Source: an uncultured bacterium (GTDB taxonomy: Bacteria > Verrucomicrobiota > Kiritimatiellia > RFP12 > CAIWXQ01). From it: 64,000 nucleotides of DNA. Below the pieces are notes generated by a model. The model saw nothing but the letters and a program-made list of their open reading frames with translations. It made no database searches and had not been told where the DNA came from. Below, in pieces: positions 13,707 to 23,785 of this stretch (positions are counted from its first letter, which is position 1; every line of letters starts with the position of its first letter). The translations under genes and the position numbers were made by a program. The stretch covers positions 14,376 through 78,375 of the forward strand of contig CAIWXQ010000029.1 in the NCBI GenBank assembly GCA_903916675.1. The letters are read 5' to 3'.

Positions 13707-14588
13707 TTACTCCACATTCTGCACCTGTTCCCGGATCGCCTCCAGTTCCGCCTTGCAGCCGACCACCAGACGCGCAATACCGGCATCGTTGGCCTTGGAG
13801 CCGATGGTGTTGATCTCGCGGAAGAACTCCTGGCAAAGGAAGTCCAGGGGGCGCCCCCCGGGTTCCGGAGCTGCCAGAAAATGTTCCGCCTGCGTGAAGT
13901 GGCTCTCCAGGCGCGTCAGCTCCTCGCTCACATCGCAGCGATCGGCAAAAAGCGCCAGTTCGCGCACAAGCGTGGTCTGGTCCAGCATCAGGCCGTTGTT
14001 GGCTGCGGCAATGCGGTCTGCCAGCGCCTTGCGATAACCAATCACGACGCCGGGGGCGCTCCGCCGGATGTTTTCCACTTCCTTGCGCAGGCGGGCGAAA
14101 CGCGCTGTCAGATCCTTGGACAGCGCCTTGCCCTCGCGCTGCCGCATGGCGACCAGCCGCTCCAGCGCCTGCGTGACCGCGCGTTCCACCAGCGGCCAGG
14201 CCTGTTCCGTGTCCCATGCCACGGTTTCGCTCTCGATGCGCAGCACGCAGTCCAGCACCTTGCTGGCTGTCAGGTCGTCCGGAAGTTTCAGCGCCTTGGC
14301 CACCTGCCGAAGTGCGCTTAAACGGGCACGTGCCAGTTCGAGGTCCACGGTCAGACCGCGCGAACCTGTCTTCGCCCGCGCAATCTCAATCGAGCCCTTG
14401 ACATACCCGCGCCGGATCGCGGCATGCACCAGCCCCTGGATGCGCGCTTCGCAAGCAGACAGCTCGCGCGGCAGGTTCAGGTGGCAGTCGAACTGCTTGC
14501 GGTTGACAGACCCCAGTTCTGCCACCACCTTGATCCCCTCGCCCCGCGCCTCGCCCCGACCAAAGCCGGTCATGCTGATGATGCTCAT
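13707..14588 (-). CDS. yicC: YicC/YloC family endoribonuclease
   Basis: SMTGFG, SVNRK, DVSEELTRL, FREINTIGSK, IREQVQNVE; conserved linkage to gmk. Confidence 0.94.
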   Translation of the reverse strand: MSIISMTGFGRGEARGEGIKVVAELGSVNRKQFDCHLNLPRELSACEARIQGLVHAAIRRGYVKGSIEIARAKTGSRGLTVDLELARARLSALRQVAKALKLPDDLTASKVLDCVLRIESETVAWDTEQAWPLVERAVTQALERLVAMRQREGKALSKDLTARFARLRKEVENIRRSAPGVVIGYRKALADRIAAANNGLMLDQTTLVRELALFADRCDVSEELTRLESHFTQAEHFLAAPEPGGRPLDFLCQEFFREINTIGSKANDAGIARLVVGCKAELEAIREQVQNVE

Positions 14589-14670
14589 GGAATGAAGTGT
14601 CCTTGGATTGTTGGAGAGGGCATTCAGGGTTCAGAAGAAATGGGGTTACTTTCCGCGATACCGCAGCCAA

Positions 14671-15207
14671 TCATCCTTGAGGAGCCCGCGCAGCGGACTT
14701 CGAATCCGATGGCTTGGCTGGTTCGAGAGTCGTTGCAGATTCCAGGAAGGCCTGTGGATCCTCCGGCGTCAGCAGGACCTTGTACTTCTCGGTCTGAACC
14801 AGAACCGCGTCCTGGCGTCTTGCGCTTGTGGCGTGGACGTGAAAAATGCCGTCTCGCTTGTTCCAGAAGATGCCGGTGCCAGCAAATATGCCGCTGTTGC
14901 CGAAGAGACGGACCGTGAAAGGCAGACGCTCGGTTATCCTCACGCATCGGACAATCTGCCCGAAGGTGCTTCTACCCGCATGACGAACCACGGTCAGGCA
15001 ACCATTGGAAACCTCGTATGATGCGGGGGCCAGCAGGTAGCAAACCAGAGCGATGATCCCGAGTATGACACCGCCAACCATCAAATTCCTGTCATGGAGA
15101 CCGCCAATGATAAACCCGACCACCATCGCAAGGATGATTGCCGTCAGTATCTTAATGGACAGACTCATTTTTGCCGTTCTGTAGTTCATATCGCTCCTCT
15201 CGAACAT
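14671..15207 (-). CDS. Small membrane protein with a probable bacterial PH domain
   Basis: Two TM segments, then RLFGNSGIFAGTG and VLLTPEDP motifs typical of bPH proteins; exact start uncertain. Confidence 0.65.
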   Translation of the reverse strand: MFERSDMNYRTAKMSLSIKILTAIILAMVVGFIIGGLHDRNLMVGGVILGIIALVCYLLAPASYEVSNGCLTVVRHAGRSTFGQIVRCVRITERLPFTVRLFGNSGIFAGTGIFWNKRDGIFHVHATSARRQDAVLVQTEKYKVLLTPEDPQAFLESATTLEPAKPSDSKSAARAPQG

Positions 15208-15360
15208 GAATTCATAGGCCAGACAAAACTGTCGGGGCTTTGATTCACAATCATGGTTTCACAGCCCAAGATAGATGCTATGTGCAGCGGCGAGACGCCG
15301 CTGCCACTTTCGGGGCTGGTCGCTATACAGAAAAAAAACTCCGTGCCTCCGTGGTTGGCC

Positions 15361-17238
15361 CTACGCGCGGCCGAGGCATTGCTTGCGCAATTCCTGATAG
15401 CGCGGGGTGTAGCGCGGGCCGAGCTGGGCTTCGCGGTGGTCGAAGCCGAAGGCGCGGCGGCTGACCACCAGCACGGGCGGGGCCTGGATGCGCTTGGCGA
15501 CTGCCAGCCCCTGATAGAGGTTCCAGCAGCGCTCCAAATCGGCTATGAAGACTACGGGGTTCTTTAAAATAGTGGCCACTTGGCCTTCATAGCCGATTTG
15601 TTTCTCGAGGGTGCCGTCCATGTACCAGGAAAGAATCTCCTCGGGCGACGGGCGCTCCCATCGCTCCACCCAGGCGCGCAGCAGCGCATCGTGGTACGGA
15701 TAGACGAATGGATCGCCCTTCCCTTCGTCCACGGCCTGATCCTTGCTCAGCTCGGCCGACGGGGTAAGGGTAAAAATACCGCGCGGGATCGCCTCGCGGC
15801 CGAACACGCCGCGGTTCAGGCAGCGCGCCACGTCATACACCTGCCCCTTCCAGAGGTCGCCGATCGGCGCCAGGTAGCCGGCAATGTCTCCGTAGAGCGT
15901 GCCGTAGCCCGTGGCCATCTCGGTCTTGTTGGCATTGCAGGTGAAGGCACCGCCAAAAGCTGCGGCTACCGCGGCCAGAACACGCGCGCCACGGTCGCGG
16001 GCCTGCACGTTCTCCATAACAGGGCCGGTGACCTGCAGCCGGTGTTCGCGTCCGGCGGCGTCGCGGGCGACAAAGCCGTCGAGCTGCCGGCGGGTCAGGC
16101 CAACGGCGTCATCGATCGGCACTTCGGCGTACAGGCACCCCAGGTTGCGCGCCAATTCGGCGGCCAGATTCCGGGTGGTGGCAGAGTTGAAGCGCGCAGG
16201 CAGGTTCGCCAGCAGCAGGTTTTCGGGCGGCACCAGCCGCGCGTGCAGAGCTGCCACCACGGCGGAGTCGATGCCGCCGGAGATGCCGACCACAACCCGA
16301 CTGATTTTCCGGTCTGTCAGAAAGCGGCCGGCACCATATAGCAGGGCCTGGGTTGCCACATTCGCATCGTCATCCGTCAAATCCACCGGTTTACCGCCAG
16401 CCACGGCGCCGTCCGCGCCGATCTCCGCAATAAACGCATCCTCTCCAAACCTCACGGCACTGCCGGCAAAATGCCCCTGCGCGTCATAGATGCCAGCGCC
16501 ACCGTCAAAGGTGAAGACGTTCTTGCCGTTGTTCTGCACGCCGGCGTAGTTGACATAGGCGATCGGCGTATGCAGGCGCGCGGCCAGCGCCGAAAGAACG
16601 CGCAGACGCTTGTTCTGCTTGTTCCAGGTAAACGGCGAGGCGCTGATGGTCAGGAGCAGGTGCGCGCCGGCCTGTGTCAGGAGTTCGGCCGGCGACAGGC
16701 TGTAATCCGAATCCCAGACATCCTCGCAGACCATGCCGCCGATGGCGATGCCGCGGCAGACGAACGGCGTCAGCAGTTCCGCCACGGACACGTGCAGTTC
16801 CATGGCCAGCTTGCGGGCATCGTAAAAGTAGCGGCTCTCCTCAAAGATGCGGTAGTTGGGCGCGAGCGTCTTGATTGCAAACGGGTAGCGGCCGCCGCAC
16901 GAGGGGAGAAACGCACCGTCCTGCGCGAGGAAGCAGGCGTTGTAGCGCCGGACGCGGCCATCCTCGTTGCGGCGCTGCCAGTCGATTCCCACGTTGCCAA
17001 AGGCCACGGCGATCCCCTGGCTGGCCGCGCAGATCAATTCGCCCGCAGCCTCGCAGGCGCGCAGAAACGAGGGGCGGTCCCACTCGTCGCCGACAAAGTA
17101 GCCGGGAATCGCCAGCTCCGGAAAAACGATCAGATCGCAACCCGCGGCGCGGGCGCGCTCGATAAAGCCGATCATCCGGGCGGCATTCGCCTCCGGATAG
17201 CCGGCCTGCACATCCATTTGAGCAAGGCAGATTCGCAT
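15361..17238 (-). CDS. nadE: Glutamine-dependent NAD+ synthetase
   Basis: Nitrilase domain (FPEL, CEDVW) fused to a synthetase domain (SGGIDS, ENVQAR, GYGTLYGD, PSAEL); start MRICLAQ at 17238. Confidence 0.95.
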   Translation of the reverse strand: MRICLAQMDVQAGYPEANAARMIGFIERARAAGCDLIVFPELAIPGYFVGDEWDRPSFLRACEAAGELICAASQGIAVAFGNVGIDWQRRNEDGRVRRYNACFLAQDGAFLPSCGGRYPFAIKTLAPNYRIFEESRYFYDARKLAMELHVSVAELLTPFVCRGIAIGGMVCEDVWDSDYSLSPAELLTQAGAHLLLTISASPFTWNKQNKRLRVLSALAARLHTPIAYVNYAGVQNNGKNVFTFDGGAGIYDAQGHFAGSAVRFGEDAFIAEIGADGAVAGGKPVDLTDDDANVATQALLYGAGRFLTDRKISRVVVGISGGIDSAVVAALHARLVPPENLLLANLPARFNSATTRNLAAELARNLGCLYAEVPIDDAVGLTRRQLDGFVARDAAGREHRLQVTGPVMENVQARDRGARVLAAVAAAFGGAFTCNANKTEMATGYGTLYGDIAGYLAPIGDLWKGQVYDVARCLNRGVFGREAIPRGIFTLTPSAELSKDQAVDEGKGDPFVYPYHDALLRAWVERWERPSPEEILSWYMDGTLEKQIGYEGQVATILKNPVVFIADLERCWNLYQGLAVAKRIQAPPVLVVSRRAFGFDHREAQLGPRYTPRYQELRKQCLGRA

Positions 17239-17296
17239 CAGGACACCGTGCGCGTCATAGTACCGCCGACCGGCAACGGACGCAATAACGGGAAAG

Positions 17297-17407
17297 GCAT
17301 TAGTCATTGGTCATTCGTCATTGGCGGAGAGCAGGAAATGCGCACCATAAATATTCCAACCGACGGTGCCAAATGTCTCGATTCCCCAATGACCAGTGAC
17401 AAATGAC
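17297..17407. repeat. Inverted arrays of 7-bp tandem repeats (GTCATTn / nAATGAC)
   Basis: GTCATTG-GTCATTC-GTCATTG on the left and CCAATGAC-CAGTGAC-AAATGAC on the right. Confidence 0.7.
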
Positions 17408-17432
17408 GTTACCTATCCACCGAAGAGTCCCG

Positions 17433-19205
17433 TCATGCTTTCTCTGCCGGTTTGTGCATCAATTCCGGATGCGCGTCAAAAAACCGGTAGAGCGTGGCGC
17501 GGGCCACGCCCAGTATGCGGGCGGCATCACGGCGATTGCCCTGCGCCCTAGTCAGGGCGTCGCGCACCCGCTCGATGGACAGGGGCGCGCGCGCATCGGC
17601 TCGCCCTGCTGCCGACGCGGTCTGCGGCGCCGTCTGCCGCGCGGGCGGCAGGTGTTCGGGTCGGATTTCATCGCCGTGGCACTTAACCAGCGCGTATTGC
17701 AACCAATTCTGGAGTTCCCGCACGTTCCCCGGCCACGCATAATTCAGCAGCGCATCCATCGCCTCCGGGCTGACGCGCACAGCACCGGTCTTCGTGTCAC
17801 AAAATTGCGCCAGCAGATGATTCACCAGCAGCGGAATATCCGCCAGTCGTTCGCGCAGTGGAGGGATCCAGATTGGCACGACATTCAGCCGGTAATACAG
17901 GTCTTCGCGGAAACGGCCGGCGGCGATTTCCTTCTGGAGGTCGCGGTGGGTAGCGCTGATCACGCGCACGTTCACCCGGATGGATGTTTCGCTGCCGACA
18001 CGCTGCATCACGCCCTCCTGCAGCACGCGCAGCAGGCGCACCTGCATAGCCGGCGTGATGTCGCCGATCTCGTCGAGGAAGATCGTGCCGCCGTCGGACA
18101 GCTCGAAGCGCCCCTTCTTGTCTCGGATTGCGCCGGTGAAGGAGCCGCGCACATGCCCGAAGATCTCGCTTTCGAGCAGGCCCTCCGGCAGCGCCCCGCA
18201 GTTGACGGCGATAAACGGCTTGGAGGCGCGCGGCCCTTCATGGTGGATGGCGGCGGCCACCAGTTCCTTGCCTGTGCCGCTTTCGCCGCGGATCAGGATC
18301 GGAACCGTGCTGTCTGCCACGTCGCGGATGAGATCAAACACCTCCAGCATCCTGGCATCGCGGCCGACGATGCCGGCGAAGGACTGCAGTTCGCCCACGC
18401 GCCGCACCAGCGAGCACTCGCGGGTGATGTCGTGGAACACGGAGATCAGACCGACCCACCGGCCCTCATTGTCGCGCAACGGCCACAGACGCGCGTCGAG
18501 CGTCCGGCGCTCGCCGTCGCGCGTGGCGAGCTCGATCCGCTCCTGTTTCTCGGTAAAGTCCGGCGCACCGCCGCGGGCGCGCTCCAGCACGCATTTGCCG
18601 CCGCAAAAGCCGCAGCCGAAGATCGCGTGGCAGTCGCGGCCGATCACGTCCTGACGGCACCGGCCGGTGATTTCCTCCGCGGCACGGTTGAAAACGACGA
18701 TGCGCCGCTGCATGTCGTGCACGAGCAGGCCGTCGGAGATGCTGTCCGCGATCATGGCGCTGCTGGCGCGCGTCGCGGCGATGGCATCCAGATACCCCTG
18801 CTCAAAAAGATCCGCCACCAGGCGGCCGATGGTATCGCGCAGGCGTCGGAATTCCGCGCGGCGCGCCTCAGGATCCGAGCTGAAGCCCGCGGGGTCGGGC
18901 AAGGTCCAACGCACCACCGTGGGCCGCCCCGGCAGCAGCGGCAACTGCTCCGCCGCCTGCGGGCAGACGACGATGACGATGTCGTACTCGTTCTTTGCCG
19001 CCTCGGCCAGCGAAAGGCACAGCTCGGTCCGCGGCTGCAGGCCAATCTCCGCCATGACCTCGTCCGCAAGCGAGTCCGCCGCCTCCGGTGCGATCGTCGC
19101 AAAGGAGACGCTCACGCCGGAAACTTCGCGCCCCTGCACAAACGCGCCGGCCATGCGGCAGCGGCAACTCCCGCGAAATCCCAGAAAAAGAAGGCGGAGG
19201 TTCAT
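17433..19205 (-). CDS. Sigma-54-dependent activator with N-terminal ArsC/LMW-PTP-like and PAS domains
   Basis: GESGTGKE, GSFTGA, FLDEIG, WPGNVREL and Fis HTH; N-terminus has an ArsC-like pattern (LLFLGFRGSCRCRMA, WTLPDP, FRRLRD). Confidence 0.9.
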   Translation of the reverse strand: MNLRLLFLGFRGSCRCRMAGAFVQGREVSGVSVSFATIAPEAADSLADEVMAEIGLQPRTELCLSLAEAAKNEYDIVIVVCPQAAEQLPLLPGRPTVVRWTLPDPAGFSSDPEARRAEFRRLRDTIGRLVADLFEQGYLDAIAATRASSAMIADSISDGLLVHDMQRRIVVFNRAAEEITGRCRQDVIGRDCHAIFGCGFCGGKCVLERARGGAPDFTEKQERIELATRDGERRTLDARLWPLRDNEGRWVGLISVFHDITRECSLVRRVGELQSFAGIVGRDARMLEVFDLIRDVADSTVPILIRGESGTGKELVAAAIHHEGPRASKPFIAVNCGALPEGLLESEIFGHVRGSFTGAIRDKKGRFELSDGGTIFLDEIGDITPAMQVRLLRVLQEGVMQRVGSETSIRVNVRVISATHRDLQKEIAAGRFREDLYYRLNVVPIWIPPLRERLADIPLLVNHLLAQFCDTKTGAVRVSPEAMDALLNYAWPGNVRELQNWLQYALVKCHGDEIRPEHLPPARQTAPQTASAAGRADARAPLSIERVRDALTRAQGNRRDAARILGVARATLYRFFDAHPELMHKPAEKA

Positions 19206-19229
19206 GTCAGGAAGCGAGGTCCAGGTGCG

Positions 19230-20471
19230 TTACGGCTTGGACTTGAGATCGTAGGCGACCAAGGCGTCGCCGTGGCGCAGATAGAGCACGCCGCCGGCCA
19301 GTACCGGCTGGCCCCAGTGCTCTTTCATCTTGCTGCCAAAATCCACCGGAAGGGAGCCGGCCAACCGCCCCTTGTCGCCTTCGATGCGGATCAGCGCGAT
19401 CATCTTGCCGACCTCGTCGTAGCCAATCAGCCCGGCCTCGGTGCCGATGATGGCTGTGCGCGACACCCCCTCGATGCGGGAAAGCACTTTGCCCGTCTGC
19501 GGATCCAGGCAGAAGAGCGGGCCTTTGCTGCCTGCCAGGTAGAGGCGCTTGTCGATCAGCAACATGCCGTGGAAGTGATTGTCCGCGTCCTTCAACTGCC
19601 AGGCCAGCGTGGCGCCATCCGCGCCAATCTGCAGGCACTCCGTGCCGTAGCCATAGCCGGAGGAGACCACCACGCGGTCGGGCCCGACCACCACCGGCGT
19701 GTTGGGATGCACAGCCCACTTGTTCTTGTGCGGGTGCTTCCAGAGCACAGCGCCGGTGTCGGGATCGATCCCCACCACATTCTCGGCGGTCTGGGTCACG
19801 ATCTGCCGTTTGCCGTTCAGCGTGAGCAGCGACGGCGAGCAGTAGGCGCTGGCGTCAGAAAGCCCCTTGGTCGCCCAGATTGTCGCGCCAGTGTTGACAT
19901 CCAGCGCGGCCACGGCCGCATCTGGACCGCCGGGGTGGCAGATCAGCATCTTGTTATCCACCAGCAGTGGCGACTCGGCAATTCCCCACGTAATATTCTT
20001 TCCGTGAAATCGCTCGAACAGGTTCACGTCCCAGATTTTATTGCCGTCCGCGGCATTCACGCAGACGACGCGGTCCATGCCGCTGACCAGGTAAACATGG
20101 CCATTCGCCACGGTCGGCGTCGTGCGGGCAGCATCATAACCACCGCTCCACTCCTTGCCGTACTCGTACTCCCATTTCAGGGATCCGTCCGACGCATTGC
20201 GCGCCTCGAGCACGCCGATGCGCGCCTTGGGCTCCCCTTTTGACCCGGTCAGGTAGATCACGCCACCGGCAACGGCAGGGCCGTTGTAGCCCATGCCGGC
20301 AATCGTCACCAGCCACAGCCGTTTTGGCGGCGTAGACCAGTCGGCTAGAATCCCCTTTTCTTTCGAAATGCCGTCGCGGTCCGGGCCGCGCCATTGAGGC
20401 CAGTCCGCCGCTGTCGTCAGTCCTGTCATCATCGCGGCCAGCATGCCGATGCCAATCTTTCCTGCCATCAT
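19230..20471 (-). CDS. Secreted PQQ-binding-like beta-propeller protein
   Basis: Signal peptide, ADWPQWRGPDRDG start and repeated xDxxTGxxLW blades. Confidence 0.88.
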   Translation of the reverse strand: MMAGKIGIGMLAAMMTGLTTAADWPQWRGPDRDGISKEKGILADWSTPPKRLWLVTIAGMGYNGPAVAGGVIYLTGSKGEPKARIGVLEARNASDGSLKWEYEYGKEWSGGYDAARTTPTVANGHVYLVSGMDRVVCVNAADGNKIWDVNLFERFHGKNITWGIAESPLLVDNKMLICHPGGPDAAVAALDVNTGATIWATKGLSDASAYCSPSLLTLNGKRQIVTQTAENVVGIDPDTGAVLWKHPHKNKWAVHPNTPVVVGPDRVVVSSGYGYGTECLQIGADGATLAWQLKDADNHFHGMLLIDKRLYLAGSKGPLFCLDPQTGKVLSRIEGVSRTAIIGTEAGLIGYDEVGKMIALIRIEGDKGRLAGSLPVDFGSKMKEHWGQPVLAGGVLYLRHGDALVAYDLKSKP

Positions 20472-20739
20472 GAGGGGCCCCTGTCTGTTACCGATTCATG
20501 TTGATGCGAATGTCATCCCCGTACATTGCCGTACGAATCCCGCCTACCAGGCGTATTCAGCAGCGTGACGAGCCTGAACGGGGGCGGCAGCCAGAATATA
20601 CCCCAGCTGCGCCCAGAGGAGCAATCCCATCGCCTCCATATTCGGGCCTGTCTTGCCCGTAACCGATTAGGTGGCATGGCCTTAGGCAAAAGAATGCCAG
20701 CAACCAGGCCGCTAATGTGTTGGAGAGGCTTGATCCACC

Positions 20740-20935
20740 TTGATTAACCTTGATTTGGCTTGATTCAGCGGCCATCGTCAGTCCCACCATCCGACTGCGG
20801 TCGAGCTTCAGGTGTTCGGCGGTGTGGTCACCCTTGCGCAGCGCGACGAGGTAGCGGCACAACTCGCGCAATTGTTCCCAGTCCTCCGGTTTCACACTGG
20901 CGGCCGTGCTCATGGACTCGATCATGCGCAGGTAC
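20740..20935 (-). pseudogene. Possible fragment of a hypothetical protein
   Basis: EQLRELCRYLVALRKGDHTAEHLKLDR...QIKVNQG reads like a real protein segment inside an otherwise implausible ORF; family recalled only vaguely. Confidence 0.25.
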
Positions 20936-21521
20936 CGGATAGGTATCGATTGCGTTGTCGATACCGATCCAGACACCGATGGAGTTGCGGGCTCGCGCCC
21001 GCCTTGGGGGGGGATGAAGTAGACATAAATAGACACGAAACAGGCCCACCTTCTGGACATGATTCTTTGCAGCTGACCATTCATCAACGAGTTACAGCCG
21101 AATTGCGGCGTTGTGACCGGCGTTTCGTGTCTATTTTTTTCATCGTGTAGGTCCCCGCCGTCGCCGTCACAACCTTCACGCCGTTTGCCATAAATAAGCC
21201 CTCCCAAAAAACATCATGCCCCCCATATAAGGATGCAAAGCCTCACGAAGAAACGAGAAACCAAATAAAACCGGCCCTGAAATGAAGGTCAAAAGCCTCA
21301 AACCCTTTTTTGGGAATCCCCAAAAAACCGGCGATTGTCCGTAGTCCAAAAAACATCGCGCCCTCTATATAAGAGGAGTAATTCGACACGAATAATCCGA
21401 AAAAAGAAATAAGGCCGCCAAAAAAAGGGGAAACAAAATAAAACCAATTCGACATCGGGCTTTTTACACCCCCCGTTTTGCCGCCACACAGAGGTAGGGA
21501 CGGCGGGTTATTTTCTATTTT

Positions 21522-21700
21522 CCGGGTAGCAACTCGCCGCAACCAGCGTTGCAGCGAGCTGCCCCCACAGACCCGGACTAGCAAATTTCCCGCATCCGGT
21601 TCTTCAGACAGAGCGTTCACACGGACGATAGAGATCATGGACAATGCGGGGTAGCGCCAGCGGATGACGAATTTGCGCTGGCGGTAGGGTTGCACCTGCC
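21522..21700 (-). mobile_element. Group II intron 3' remnant (RT/maturase C-terminus plus domains V and VI)
   Basis: Minus strand GAACCGGATGCGGGAAATTTGCTAGTCCGGGTC-TGTGGGGG (DV-like), then hairpin GCAGCTCGC...GCGAGTTGC and TACCCGG (DVI and end), preceded by RHPLALPRIVHDLY...stop. Confidence 0.82.
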
Positions 21701-21749
21701 GGGGTATATGCTGTCTGATGGTAAAACTGGGACAACATCGTAACCTTCT

Positions 21750-21934
21750 TCCGCACCGCCTGCGAAATGCCACGGCAGAGGGGATCAACAGCCGGATCCA
21801 GCAACTGATCCAAGAGGCCTGCGGATACCGAAATCGTGAGCTCTTCAAACGTGACGTGCTCTTTCATCTTGGCGGACTCGACCTAACCCCCGTGGTTATG
21901 CAATGACAAAACCCCCGCTATTCCTGGAAGGACC
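21750..21934 (+). mobile_element. ISL3-family transposase C-terminal remnant with a probable right terminal repeat
   Basis: NATAEGINSRIQQLIQEACGYRNRELFKRDVLFHLGGLDL matches the ISL3 C-terminal signature; ends ...TATTCCTGGAAGGACC (reads GGTCCTTCC inward). Confidence 0.82.
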
Positions 21935-21940
21935 TACGTT

Positions 21941-23668
21941 TTATTGTTTTTCAAACGCTCCAATATCTCTTAATCCAATTATCGGATGACCTAAATAATC
22001 TGATTGCGGCATACCTGTTATGACCACTCCTGTATTAATAGCGGGCGATCCTGCCTGTAAAATGTAATCAGATGTTGACGTAAAAAGAGGATCTGCAGGA
22101 GTAGGACTATTGGCATCCTGCCCTGTTGCTGATTTATATGCTTCCCAGTTAGCAAATGTATATCCACTGCCAGAATAAATTAGTTTACCAGTTGACCCGA
22201 TAGGATTAAAATATAGATTACAGTCACTTGTTTGAGTTGCGGTAACCACTATCATCGCATAATATTTATTATTGACTGCCGGATTAGTGTTAACATAAAA
22301 GATATTATTTTTTGCCGTACAAGTAGATCTAGTGTTATATATAAAACCTATTACACCTGCCGGTGCTAATGAAGAATTAACTCCGTAGAATGTATTGTTA
22401 TAAACAAAGGAGGTAATACCTTCCATTTGAAGTCCAGATGCTTTTAAATTCCTAAATACATTGTTATAAACATATACATTGGTGATTGGCGCACCCCCTT
22501 GATTGGATATAAACACGCCAACACTACCCAATATTTCAACCCCATCAATCATCACATTGGGATCGTCATAAATTAAATTTTTACGAATAATAATATTATA
22601 CATTATCCCATTTACGTGGTTTATTATATCAATCCCCGTAGTGTGATGCCCATTATAGAGAGTATTATTCTCAATAATTATATCTTTGACAGTAACTGAA
22701 CCCGTAAATATATCTGATGTGTTAATAGATATTCCTCTCCTTCCGGTATCATGTATGATATTGCTTTTAATTAAAGCACTGGAGAGAGTAGTCGCAATTC
22801 CATATCCCGCTGATTTAACACCCTCGTGATGAATATAACAATCTTCTACTTTTAAACCCAGTAAGGCAACCGGTGGATAATTAAAATCATAAACCCCATA
22901 TACCCCATAACCTAACTCTAGTCCGTTAATGCTTATGTATTCCTTATTGTTAAGTGATATGCTAAGATTTCGTTGTCCAACCTCAACTCCAGAATATCTT
23001 GTATTTGGATCAGTAGGTGAATATATGTAAATATGATCTCTTAGCCACACCCAATCATACTCCTGTGCTAAACCTAGCAAATCTGATTTCTGAATCCTAC
23101 CCCAGTTTATACTTCCGTCCGTTTCTTTGAAATAAATGTTCTTCGCAGTTGTAGGATCAGACAACGTGATGTCCGAACACCACACATTAGCTGGATAAAT
23201 TATAGCAGGGGACCACGTTGTGACTAATTCCGACCCAAGTATTTTAGGCTTAGCACCTGCGCCATACGCACCAAATGTTATATAATTACTCGCAATACCC
23301 GACGAAGGGACAATCAATGATTCTCGCCATGTATCTCCTTTATTAAAATTTACTTGTGTGCCCGGAGTAAACGTGCTGGAATTAACCTTAGATATTGTCT
23401 GCCATGCTGTCGCCATTGTTAGTCCATCAGCAGCATCGATTCCTGTATTAGAAACATAATACATAGGATAAGTAGTTATAGAAGGTACTCCAGACAGATA
23501 GACATTAACCTTATCGAAATTCGTTTTTAACGGATCCCCCGTATGATCCTTGGCCGTAGTTCCTGTATAGGGATGAGGAAGATTTCTTGTCAGTTGCTTT
23601 TGAGTAGAACAGGAAATTAATCCGATTATTAAAAATATAACTAGTATTTTTTCATTCTGAATTGTCAT
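21941..23668 (-). CDS. AT-rich right-handed parallel beta-helix (pectin-lyase-fold) lipoprotein; foreign cargo C
   Basis: Lipobox-like LISC, YYVS, FNKGDTW, IENN/VYNN repeats, GSPAINTG...DIGAFE C-terminus; much lower GC than the flanks. Confidence 0.85.
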   Translation of the reverse strand: MTIQNEKILVIFLIIGLISCSTQKQLTRNLPHPYTGTTAKDHTGDPLKTNFDKVNVYLSGVPSITTYPMYYVSNTGIDAADGLTMATAWQTISKVNSSTFTPGTQVNFNKGDTWRESLIVPSSGIASNYITFGAYGAGAKPKILGSELVTTWSPAIIYPANVWCSDITLSDPTTAKNIYFKETDGSINWGRIQKSDLLGLAQEYDWVWLRDHIYIYSPTDPNTRYSGVEVGQRNLSISLNNKEYISINGLELGYGVYGVYDFNYPPVALLGLKVEDCYIHHEGVKSAGYGIATTLSSALIKSNIIHDTGRRGISINTSDIFTGSVTVKDIIIENNTLYNGHHTTGIDIINHVNGIMYNIIIRKNLIYDDPNVMIDGVEILGSVGVFISNQGGAPITNVYVYNNVFRNLKASGLQMEGITSFVYNNTFYGVNSSLAPAGVIGFIYNTRSTCTAKNNIFYVNTNPAVNNKYYAMIVVTATQTSDCNLYFNPIGSTGKLIYSGSGYTFANWEAYKSATGQDANSPTPADPLFTSTSDYILQAGSPAINTGVVITGMPQSDYLGHPIIGLRDIGAFEKQ

Positions 23669-23785
23669 TGATAAGAAATCGTTTTTCGGTCGGCACCGGC
23701 CCTCATCGGCCGAAACCATGCCTGCACCGGCAAAAGACTGCGATGTCATGATGATGAGCCTGCCAGAAGCGGGGATAAACGTCAA
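23667..23785 (-). mobile_element. IS91/ISCR oriIS-like end, copy 1, with a conserved outward promoter-like motif
   Basis: Minus-strand end CCGAAAAACGATTTCTTATCAAT is shared with copies at 29527 and 31574; TTGACG-N17-CAGGCT at 23785-23757. Confidence 0.65.

Noticed and set aside
17403-20243. 946-aa plus-strand ORF and other long antisense ORFs (25607-27526, 33941-35449, 42587-44533, 45187-46698)
   Set aside because: Shadow frames opposite well-supported genes in high-GC DNA, with no recognisable motifs.
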